In this document: positions 54,575 to 64,000 of the stretch, one piece after another | Layout of the letters: every line of letters begins with the position of its first letter | How positions within the stretch are numbered: position 1 is the stretch's first letter | Origin: Stenotrophomonas sp. | GTDB lineage: Bacteria > Pseudomonadota > Gammaproteobacteria > Xanthomonadales > Xanthomonadaceae | Length of the DNA stretch: 64,000 nucleotides | Assembly (NCBI GenBank): GCA_036403795.1 | Contig: DASWQJ010000174.1 | Location: forward strand, 12,573-76,572 | Reading direction: 5' to 3' | Translations under genes and position numbers: made by a program | Notes under the pieces: model-generated | The model's database searches: none | What the model was told of the DNA's origin: nothing | What the model saw: only the letters and a program-made list of their open reading frames with translations

Positions 54575-55666
54575 GTGTCCGTTTCCGCTTCTTTCCGCGT
54601 CACCCCTTCGCCGTCACCGCGTACGCCCGAGCAGCGCGAGGCCATCCTCGCCGCGCCGGGTTTCGGCATTCATTTCACCGACCACATGGTCGCGATCGAA
54701 TACGACAAGGACCGCGGCTGGCACGACGCCGAAGTGCGCCCCTACGGGCCGCTGCAACTGGATCCGGCCGCCGCCGTGCTGCATTACGGCCAGGAAATCT
54801 TCGAAGGCATCAAGGCCTACCGCCACGCCGACGGTTCGATCTGGACGTTCCGGCCCGAGGCCAATGGCGCCCGCCTGCAACGTTCGGCGCGACGCCTGGC
54901 CATGCCGGAACTGCCGGTCGAGTTGTTCGTCGAATCACTTCGCCAACTGGTCGCCGTCGACGCCGATTGGGTGTCGGGCGCGGGCGAAAACAGCCTGTAC
55001 TTCCGACCCTTCATGATCGCCAACGAGGCGTTCCTCGGCGTGCGTGCCGCGCAGAAGGCCGGTTACTACGTCATCGCCAGCCCGGCGGGCCCTTATTTCG
55101 CCAAAGGCGTGGCGCCGGTCTCGATCTGGCTGTCGACCGATTACGCGCGCGCTGCCAAGGGCGGCACCGGCGCGGCCAAGTGTGGCGGCAACTACGCGGC
55201 CTCGCTGCTGCCGCAGCAGCAGGCCTATGCGCAGGGGTGCTCGCAGGTGCTGTTCCTGGATCCGGTGGAGGGCAAGTACCTCGAAGAACTCGGCGGCATG
55301 AACGTCTTCCTCGTCTACAAGAACGGCACGCTGGTCACGCCTGCGTTGTCGGGCAGCATCCTGGAAGGCATTACCCGTGCCAGCATCCTGCAGTTGGCCC
55401 GCGACCGCGGCATGAACGTCGAAGAGCGCCAGGTCTCCGTCGATGAATGGAAGCAGGGCGTGGCTTCGGGAGAGATCAGCGAAGTGTTTGCATGCGGCAC
55501 CGCCGCGGTGATCACCCCGATCGGCCAGCTCAAGGGCGAGGGCTTTTCGGTGGGGGACCTCGACGCGCCGGCCGGCGACGTCACTCTGTCCATCCGCAAG
55601 GAATTGACCGACATCCAGTACGGGCGTGAGCCTGATCGGCATGGCTGGCTGGTGCGCCTGGCGTAA
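54575..55666 (+). CDS. ilvE: Branched-chain amino acid aminotransferase (long, ~360-aa type)
   Basis: GTG start. HYGQEIFEGIKAY, the PLP-Lys region AAKCGGNYA, and ELGGMNVF and EGITR blocks. Confidence 0.92.
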   Translation: MSVSASFRVTPSPSPRTPEQREAILAAPGFGIHFTDHMVAIEYDKDRGWHDAEVRPYGPLQLDPAAAVLHYGQEIFEGIKAYRHADGSIWTFRPEANGARLQRSARRLAMPELPVELFVESLRQLVAVDADWVSGAGENSLYFRPFMIANEAFLGVRAAQKAGYYVIASPAGPYFAKGVAPVSIWLSTDYARAAKGGTGAAKCGGNYAASLLPQQQAYAQGCSQVLFLDPVEGKYLEELGGMNVFLVYKNGTLVTPALSGSILEGITRASILQLARDRGMNVEERQVSVDEWKQGVASGEISEVFACGTAAVITPIGQLKGEGFSVGDLDAPAGDVTLSIRKELTDIQYGREPDRHGWLVRLA

Positions 55667-55696
55667 CGTCCCGGGCGGCTGCGTGATGAGTAAGGA

Positions 55697-55727
55697 AAGC
55701 CCCGCTGAGGCGGGGCTTTTCATTTTC
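55697..55727 (+). terminator. Rho-independent terminator after ilvE
   Basis: 9-bp stem aagccccgc/gcggggctt, loop tgag, then ttttcattttc. Confidence 0.8.
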
Positions 55728-55807
55728 GGCGGTGGATTTTGGGCAAGCGGCCGTGTCCGCATTCATGTCCTTCCGGTTGTCCTCCTTGTCTCCACATGCC
55801 TGAATCT

Positions 55808-55822
55808 TGACGTGCCACGTCA
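55808..55822. promoter_or_regulatory. Perfect 7-1-7 palindrome TGACGTG-C-CACGTCA (candidate operator)
   Basis: Read directly from the sequence. It lies in the 358-bp, visibly lower-GC spacer between ilvE and the S8 protease gene, about 200 bp upstream of the protease ATG. Confidence 0.4.
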
Positions 55823-56024
55823 CAGAACGGGCATTTGGTTGCTGTGGAAACCGGTTCCGGACATATCGAACCTTCGGGCTTTTAGTTAGGTTTTCTTCAG
55901 GACGACATACAGGGGTGTTGTCCGGGCGCTCCGGCCGATCTCGGCTCCAAGACTGCTTCCCGTAGGGCCCCGGCCGGGGTCTTTGCCGCGAAAAGCGGCC
56001 GTCTGATTCCCAAGGAACCACCCG

Positions 56025-57761
56025 ATGTCCAAGGACCAACTCCGCGCCCGTCGGCGCGTCTGGGTCGTGCTCGGCGGTAGCGCACTGACCTCGCTCCTGA
56101 TCGCCATGCCAGCCTTTGCCGGCGAGGCCTACCTGGATGCACTGGCCAGTGCACCCACCCACCAGCGCTGCCTCGTGACCTACCGTGACGGCAGCAGCGA
56201 GCTGGCCAGCGCCAGTGTGCTGGGCAATGCGCTCAGAGCGGCCGCCTCATCGGTGCCGGGCAAAGCCGGACAGGCGCTGGGCCTGGCGTCGGTGCGCCGG
56301 CTGGCTGTCGGCCCTGAACTGGTCAAGGCCGATCGTGCACTCGATCGCGCCGAAGCCGAAGTGCTGATGCGACGCCTGGCCGCCGACCCCAACGTACTCA
56401 GCGTTGAGGTGGATCAGTTGCTGCAACCCACCCTCACCCCCAACGACCCACGGTTGTCCGAGCAATGGGGCTTCGGTACCACCAGCGCGGGGATCAACGT
56501 TCGCGCTGCCTGGGACCAGACCACGGGCAGCGGCGCGGTAGTGGCCGTGATCGATACGGGCATCACCAGCCATCCCGACCTCAACGCCAACATCCTCGGC
56601 GGCTACGACTTCATCAGCGACGCGGCGATGGCGCGCGACGGCAATGGCCGCGACAACAATCCAGCGGATCAAGGTGACTGGTATGCCGCAAACGAGTGTG
56701 GTGCCGGCATTCCCGCATCGAACTCCAGTTGGCATGGCACCCATGTCGCCGGCACGGTCGCGGCGGTCACCAACAATGCCACCGGCGTGGCGGGCACCGC
56801 GTACGGCGCCAAGGTCGTGCCGGTTCGCGTGCTGGGCAAGTGCGGCGGCTACACGTCCGATATCGCCGATGCCATCGTGTGGGCGTCAGGGGGCACCGTC
56901 AGCGGCGTGCCGGCCAACGCCAATCCGGCCGAGGTGATCAACATGTCGCTCGGCGGCAGCGGTACGTGCTCGACCACGTACCAGACCGCGATCAATGGCG
57001 CGGTTTCGCGCGGTACCACGGTCGTCGTGGCCGCCGGCAACTCCGCCGCCAATGTGTCCGGCTCGGTCCCGGCCAATTGCTCGAACGTGGTCGCCGTTGC
57101 CGCCACCACCTCGGCCGGCAGCAAGGCGAGCTTCTCCAACTACGGCACGGGCATCGATGTGTCGGCACCCGGACAGAGCATTCTTTCCACGCTCAACAGT
57201 GGCACCACCACGCCCGGCACGGCCAGCTACGCGTCCTACAACGGCACCTCGATGGCATCGCCGCATGTGGCAGGTGTAGTGGCATTGATGCAGTCGGCTG
57301 CGCCCACCGCGTTGTCACCGGCCACGGTCGAATCCCTGCTCAAGAGCACGGCCAGCGCATTGCCCGGCAGCTGTAGCGGTGGTTGCGGTGCGGGCATCGT
57401 CAACGCCAACGCGGCGGTGACCGCGGCCAAGGGCGGCGGCGGAGGTGGCGGCGGTACCACGCTGACCAGTGGCGTGCCTGTCAGCGGATTGGCAGCCGGT
57501 ACGGGATCGTCGTTGAACTACACGATCGCAGTACCCGCCGGGCGCAGCACGCTGACGGTGAAGATTGCAGGTGGCAGCGGCGATGCAGACCTGTACGTGC
57601 GCCTGGGCAGCGCGCCAACCGATACGACCTATGCCTGCCGGCCGTATCTGGGCGGCAACGCTGAAACCTGCACCATCGCCGCGCCTTCGGTCGGGACTTA
57701 CTACATACGCGTAAAGGCGTACTCGACGTTCTCGGGCGTCACACTCACAGCGACTTACTGA
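56025..57761 (+). CDS. Secreted subtilisin-like (S8) serine protease with a C-terminal pre-peptidase (PPC) domain
   Basis: Signal peptide and propeptide. Catalytic triad blocks VAVIDTG, WHGTHVAGT and GTSMASPHVAG. A Gly8 linker precedes the PPC-like domain (GDADLYVR...GTYYIRVKAY). Confidence 0.92.
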   Translation: MSKDQLRARRRVWVVLGGSALTSLLIAMPAFAGEAYLDALASAPTHQRCLVTYRDGSSELASASVLGNALRAAASSVPGKAGQALGLASVRRLAVGPELVKADRALDRAEAEVLMRRLAADPNVLSVEVDQLLQPTLTPNDPRLSEQWGFGTTSAGINVRAAWDQTTGSGAVVAVIDTGITSHPDLNANILGGYDFISDAAMARDGNGRDNNPADQGDWYAANECGAGIPASNSSWHGTHVAGTVAAVTNNATGVAGTAYGAKVVPVRVLGKCGGYTSDIADAIVWASGGTVSGVPANANPAEVINMSLGGSGTCSTTYQTAINGAVSRGTTVVVAAGNSAANVSGSVPANCSNVVAVAATTSAGSKASFSNYGTGIDVSAPGQSILSTLNSGTTTPGTASYASYNGTSMASPHVAGVVALMQSAAPTALSPATVESLLKSTASALPGSCSGGCGAGIVNANAAVTAAKGGGGGGGGTTLTSGVPVSGLAAGTGSSLNYTIAVPAGRSTLTVKIAGGSGDADLYVRLGSAPTDTTYACRPYLGGNAETCTIAAPSVGTYYIRVKAYSTFSGVTLTATY

Positions 57762-57772
57762 GTTGCGCTTGG

Positions 57773-57804
57773 CACGACGGGGCCACAGGAGTGGCTCCGT
57801 CGTG
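57773..57804. terminator. Hairpin in the convergent gap between the S8 protease gene and ybaK
   Basis: 14-bp stem cacgacggggccac/gtggctccgtcgtg (one G-U pair), loop agga. No clear T tract. Confidence 0.5.
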
Positions 57805-57832
57805 ATGTCGTGTCGTGGCCACGCGGCCACCC

Positions 57833-58309
57833 TCACTCGCTGATGTCGGCCAGCTGGGCCTGCAACACCTGCCTGGCGTCGACCGCCGGCAACTCCAGCA
57901 ACAGCCCGCGCTGGCCCGCGTTGAGGAAGATGGTTTCCGTGGCGTCGGCCTGATGTGCCATCACCACGCGAACGGGACGCTGCTGGCCGAACGGGCTGAT
58001 GCCGCCCACCTTGTAACCGCTGCGTCTTTCCGCATCGGTTATGTCCATCATTCGTGCCGATTTTCCGTGGCAGGCGGTGGCCAGCTTCTTCAACTGCAAG
58101 GTGCAGTCGGAGGGGACCAGCACGCACACGGCCCGGTCATCGACCCAGGCCATCAGCGTCTTCAATAAGTGTGCTGGCGGAATGCCCAGCGACTGCGCGG
58201 CATGCACGCCTTTTCCGCCCGCGGCATCCGCATCGAATACATAAGCGTGCAATCGGTACGAGACGCCGGCGGCATCGAGTTGACGGGTGGCCCGGGTCGC
58301 GCGCGACAT
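57833..58309 (-). CDS. ybaK: Cys-tRNA(Pro)/Cys-tRNA(Cys) deacylase YbaK-type
   Basis: 158 aa with the YbaK/EbsC blocks LKTL, SGYKVGGISPFG and the tail FLNAGQRG. Confidence 0.85.
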   Translation of the reverse strand: MSRATRATRQLDAAGVSYRLHAYVFDADAAGGKGVHAAQSLGIPPAHLLKTLMAWVDDRAVCVLVPSDCTLQLKKLATACHGKSARMMDITDAERRSGYKVGGISPFGQQRPVRVVMAHQADATETIFLNAGQRGLLLELPAVDARQVLQAQLADISE

Positions 58310-58317
58310 GGGCCGGC

Positions 58318-58803
58318 TCAGATCGACTCGAAGCGATTGGCCGCGACGTTCTTGCGCACCTGCGTGGGATCCCAGATGCGACCGTTCATCGCGATGTACA
58401 CGCCCGACGGCAGACTCTGTACGGCCCCTACCGCACAGCCAATGTTGAACTCGGCGTCCGATCCGCGGAATCGCGCCGGATTCAACGCGCCCGTCATCAC
58501 GATGGTCTTGTCCGGAATCGATCGCAACACCTGGCCGGTCTGCACCATGCTGTCGGTGCCATGCGTGATCAGCACGTGGCGCGCCGGTTGTGCCGCCACC
58601 GTGGCCCGGATCAGCTCGCGGTCCGCTTCGGTGATGTGCAGCGAATCCTTGCGAATGATCGGGATGACCGTGAACCGGAACGTCACGCCCAGTTCTTTGA
58701 GGATCTGGCCGATCTGCGGGTCACCGATCTGGTAATCCGACTTGTCGTCGAAGTAGATCTTGTCGATCGTGCCACCGGTGGTGACGATCAGGAGTTCTTC
58801 CAT
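58318..58803 (-). CDS. Stand-alone asparaginase N-terminal-domain protein (161 aa)
   Basis: IVTTGGTIDK (catalytic-Thr motif) and ITHGTDSM (HGTDT-like) are present. The protein ends where the asparaginase C-terminal domain would begin. Confidence 0.75.
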   Translation of the reverse strand: MEELLIVTTGGTIDKIYFDDKSDYQIGDPQIGQILKELGVTFRFTVIPIIRKDSLHITEADRELIRATVAAQPARHVLITHGTDSMVQTGQVLRSIPDKTIVMTGALNPARFRGSDAEFNIGCAVGAVQSLPSGVYIAMNGRIWDPTQVRKNVAANRFESI

Positions 58804-58896
58804 AGCGATGTCCTGCAATACGAGGCGCGGCGCACCGTGGTCGCGCGAAGTCACCATGATACCCGGCCCCCCGAAGCACCCGCGGCGGCGGCGCGC

Positions 58897-61195
<2,299 letters not shown>

Positions 61196-61199
<4 letters not shown>

Positions 61200-61789
61200 G
61201 CGTTCGTGTTCTTCCTGCCGTCGCGTTGCTGTTGGCCCTGTCTGCCTGCCAACGCCCACCCGAACCGGTTGCCGCACCCTCCGGGCCGGACACTGCGCAG
61301 ACCGCCCAGCCGGTGCAGCCCGCCAGCCCGCCAGCCCCTCCCAAGCCAGCGGCCGCGGTGCGTGAACAGACCGCAGAGCATCCCAGCCTGCAGCTGCCCA
61401 CGGTTACCGGCGAGGCCTATGACCTGGCCGCGCATCGTGGCAAGTGGGTCGTGGTGAATTTCTGGGCAACCTGGTGCGCGCCCTGCCTGAAGGAGATGCC
61501 TGAACTGTCGGCATTGCATGCCATGCGCAACAACGTAGAGGTGGTCGGGCTGGCCTATGAGGACATCGAAGTGGCCGAAATGCAGGCTTTCTTGAAGGCC
61601 CATCCGGTCGCCTATCCCATCGCCATCGTGGACACCTACCAACCGCCCCAGGATTTCGCGGTACCGCGCGGTCTGCCGATGAGCTACCTGATCGGTCCCG
61701 ACGGCAAAGTGGTCAAGCAATTCCTCGGCCCGGTGCAGGCACACGACATCGAAGCGGCCATCGCCGAGGCCGGCGGCAAGGTCGGCTGA
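61196..61789 (+). CDS. TlpA/ResA-like thiol:disulfide oxidoreductase lipoprotein
   Basis: LLALSAC lipobox and the NFWATWCAPC thioredoxin motif. ATGA overlap with the preceding gene. Confidence 0.85.
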
Positions 61790-61792
61790 ACC

Positions 61793-62059
61793 ATGGCGCA
61801 GGCGCGTTTCCAGGTGAATGGGCGAGTCCAGGGGGTCGGGTTCCGGGCCTGGGCACGAAGCCAGGCACTGGCACTGAATTTGCATGGTTCTGCCTGCAAC
61901 CGGAGCGACGGCGACGTCGAGGTCATCGCCAGTGGCGAGGCCGAGGCCCTCGATACGTTCGGCCGGTTGCTCTGGCAAGGCCCCTCGCTGGCGCAGGTCA
62001 GCAGGGTCGACAGGACCGGATGGACAGATGAGGTGGCGACCGGTTTCGTGACCGGCTAA
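61793..62059 (+). CDS. acyP: Acylphosphatase
   Basis: 88 aa with the VNGRVQGVGFR phosphate-binding loop. Confidence 0.88.
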   Translation: MAQARFQVNGRVQGVGFRAWARSQALALNLHGSACNRSDGDVEVIASGEAEALDTFGRLLWQGPSLAQVSRVDRTGWTDEVATGFVTG

Positions 62060-62140
62060 TCGCTTTCCGCCATTGCCCCCCAAGCCTGTCGTGGCCGAGC
62101 CGATAACCGACTCAACAGGCAACCGGGACAGGGGAAGACA

Positions 62141-63187
62141 ATGGCGATATCCGGACAACACTGGCAGTCATCGCCTGGCGCGATGGGCCCTTGGGTCGTG
62201 GTGTCGGCATTGGTCGCCGTGGCGATCGTGGCCCTTGCGGCCGCGGCGCTGACGCCGGCATGGGGAACCGCAGTGACCGCTGGGGTGGCGGCGCTGCTGT
62301 TGCTGGCGATGTGGCGACGGCAATGGTCCGGCGTGCGTGGCGGCGCACGCTGGTCCGACTTGGAACTTCTTGAGGCCCTGGATGATGGTGCGCCGATCGA
62401 GGGCAGGGCGCCCGCCCGCCCGGAGCATCTGCCCAGCCTGGCGCATTTCGACCCCTCGATGGCCGCACGCCTGCCTTGGCGGGACATGGAAATCGACGAG
62501 GTATTGACGCGCTTGCGGTCGAAATCTGACGCGTGGCGGCAGGCCCGGGCGCTGGAGGTCCAACGCCGGCACCGCCGGCGCCACCTGGAGCTGGCCATCT
62601 GCCTGCTTGAGCAGGGCGTCCCACTTCCCGGCGCCGCGGTACCCGATTTGGCGGCACTGCGTGCCGAAGCCTTTCTGTTGCAGGCCGATCCGGGTCAGCC
62701 GGTGCTGGCCGACGTTGCCGCGCTGCAGGCCCGCCGGCTGCAATGGGCGGTTGCGTCAGCCGATCCGAGCCGCCAGCCTGCGCTGCAGGCCCAGTGGGAT
62801 CGCCTGGAGACGCTGTTCGCACTGATGCCCACCGCGCTGCACCTGCGCGAGCAGGCGTGGCGTGTGCACCGGTTGGCGTGGAACCCGCGTGCCGACCTGG
62901 ATCAGGTCGATGTCGCCTACGCCCAGGCCCGCGAATACGCTCAGTTGCTGGACGATTGGCTGCGATCGGCGAGTGCGGTCGTGCTGGTCGGGGGCACCAC
63001 GCTGGAAGCCCATTTGCGGTCCAAATGCCTGGCGCTCCAGAATGGCGCCGGAGATGACATCGCCCAGGTCGAAGCCGCGCAGTCGCTCTGGCCCGCGTTC
63101 CAGCAGGTAGTCGACGGTTTGCTGTCGGAGCTGATGGTGGAAGCGGTGCGCATCGAAGCCCGCGTCGCAGCCACCGAGCAGGCGTAA
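62141..63187 (+). CDS. Hypothetical membrane-anchored helical protein (348 aa)
   Basis: Two N-terminal hydrophobic helices, then about 270 aa of Ala/Leu/Arg/Gln-rich predicted helix. I recognise no motif. Confidence 0.5.
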   Translation: MAISGQHWQSSPGAMGPWVVVSALVAVAIVALAAAALTPAWGTAVTAGVAALLLLAMWRRQWSGVRGGARWSDLELLEALDDGAPIEGRAPARPEHLPSLAHFDPSMAARLPWRDMEIDEVLTRLRSKSDAWRQARALEVQRRHRRRHLELAICLLEQGVPLPGAAVPDLAALRAEAFLLQADPGQPVLADVAALQARRLQWAVASADPSRQPALQAQWDRLETLFALMPTALHLREQAWRVHRLAWNPRADLDQVDVAYAQAREYAQLLDDWLRSASAVVLVGGTTLEAHLRSKCLALQNGAGDDIAQVEAAQSLWPAFQQVVDGLLSELMVEAVRIEARVAATEQA

Positions 63188-63191
63188 CCGC

Positions 63192-63971
63192 TTAGTCGTC
63201 CGTCGGGTACGGCGCGATCGGCCGCAGCACGTTGAACTTCTCGCGGTGCATTTTGCCCTTCAACGGTGGCAGCGGGAGATCGTCCTCGGGCACGCGCGTA
63301 TCGGGCAGGCGATCCAGCAGGTCGCGGACCAGGGTCAGCCGCCCGCGCTTTTGGTCATTGAAGTCCACCAGCGTCCATGGCGCCCATTCGGTGTGCGTGG
63401 CCTGGAGCATCGTTTCCCGCGCCCTGGTGTAGTGGGCGTAGGCCTCGCGCGATTGCAGGTCGACGGCGGAAAGCTTCCAGCCCTTGAGGGGATCGGCATG
63501 ACGCTCGGCGAAGCGTTCCTCCTGTTCCTCTTGGTCTACCGTCAGCCAATATTTGAAAAGCAGGACGCCGTCCTCTACCAGCAGTTGCTCGAAGCGGGGT
63601 GCTTGCCGCAGGAAATCGGTGTACTGCGCCTCGCTGCAATAGCCCATCACGTGCTCGACGCCGGCGCGGTTGTACCAACTGCGATCCATCAGCACCAGTT
63701 CACCGGCCGCCGGCAGGTGCGCCACGTAACGCTGGAAATACCACTGCGTGGCCTCGCGGTCGTTGGGCTTGGGCAAGGCGACCACCCGGCATTGTCGTGG
63801 GTTGAGATGCTCGGCGATTGCCTGGATGGCGCCGCCCTTGCCGGCGGTATCGCGCCCCTCGAACACCACCAGCGCGCGCTGTCCGGTGTGTTGCAACCAG
63901 CGGGCCATCGTCACCAGTTCCAGTTGCAAGGGCTTGAGCAGTTGCTTGTATTGCTTTCGCTTGAGCGGCAT
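63192..63971 (-). CDS. ppk2: Polyphosphate kinase 2
   Basis: FEGRDTAGKGG Walker A, DRSWYNR, and lid region KGWKLS..D. The ATG is at 63971. The ORF is open to a TTG at 63977. Confidence 0.9.
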   Translation of the reverse strand: MPLKRKQYKQLLKPLQLELVTMARWLQHTGQRALVVFEGRDTAGKGGAIQAIAEHLNPRQCRVVALPKPNDREATQWYFQRYVAHLPAAGELVLMDRSWYNRAGVEHVMGYCSEAQYTDFLRQAPRFEQLLVEDGVLLFKYWLTVDQEEQEERFAERHADPLKGWKLSAVDLQSREAYAHYTRARETMLQATHTEWAPWTLVDFNDQKRGRLTLVRDLLDRLPDTRVPEDDLPLPPLKGKMHREKFNVLRPIAPYPTDD

Positions 63972-64000
63972 GGGCAAACCCCGGGAAAGGCAGTGCAGGT

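Noticed and set aside
55808-55824. Clp/CRP-type site (TGTGA-N6-TCACA) upstream of the protease
   Set aside because: Only the right half (TCACA) matches. The position where TGTGA should lie reads gacgt. The palindrome is therefore reported as a generic candidate operator instead.

Overview
High-GC (about two-thirds G+C by eye) gammaproteobacterial chromosome, most consistent with Xanthomonadales. The pointers are an ahpC / ahpF-oxyR-rnk block, pip, split pntAA/pntAB/pntB, and lptD-surA-pdxA-rsmA-apaG-apaH next to lgt-thyA-folA. I call 69 protein-coding genes, densely packed, many joined by ATGA/GTGA/TGATG overlaps. Nearly all are recognisable core housekeeping functions: envelope biogenesis, ubiquinone hydroxylases, peroxide defence, GlnRS, transaldolase, transhydrogenase, IlvE and a secreted S8 protease. 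I found no rRNA, tRNA, CRISPR array, IS element, integrase, prophage or obvious defence or secretion island. The window looks like conserved core genome, not accessory DNA. The many long ORFs opposite real genes are high-GC shadow ORFs. No clearly novel multi-gene system is visible. The best leads are: (1) two tandem paralogous DUF1631-type giant proteins of unknown function; (2) an ECF sigma / DUF3619 / DUF3106 module sitting in reverse orientation inside the pnt transhydrogenase locus; (3) an orphan 238-aa protein between a Tat-exported GFOR-like oxidoreductase and a secreted SMP-30 lactonase; (4) a six-TM-like membrane protein coupled to a PduO-type corrinoid adenosyltransferase, a possible BtuM-like B12 carrier; (5) a Cys-rich lipoprotein translationally coupled to a CDA-fold deaminase; and (6) structured non-coding elements, namely a nested palindrome with a (GA)n loop between ahpC and ahpF, a perfect 7-1-7 palindrome upstream of the protease, and an OxyR-type operator. 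All family assignments rest on motifs read from the translations and on memory of those families. No database search was run. Start codons are often non-ATG and are less certain than stops.
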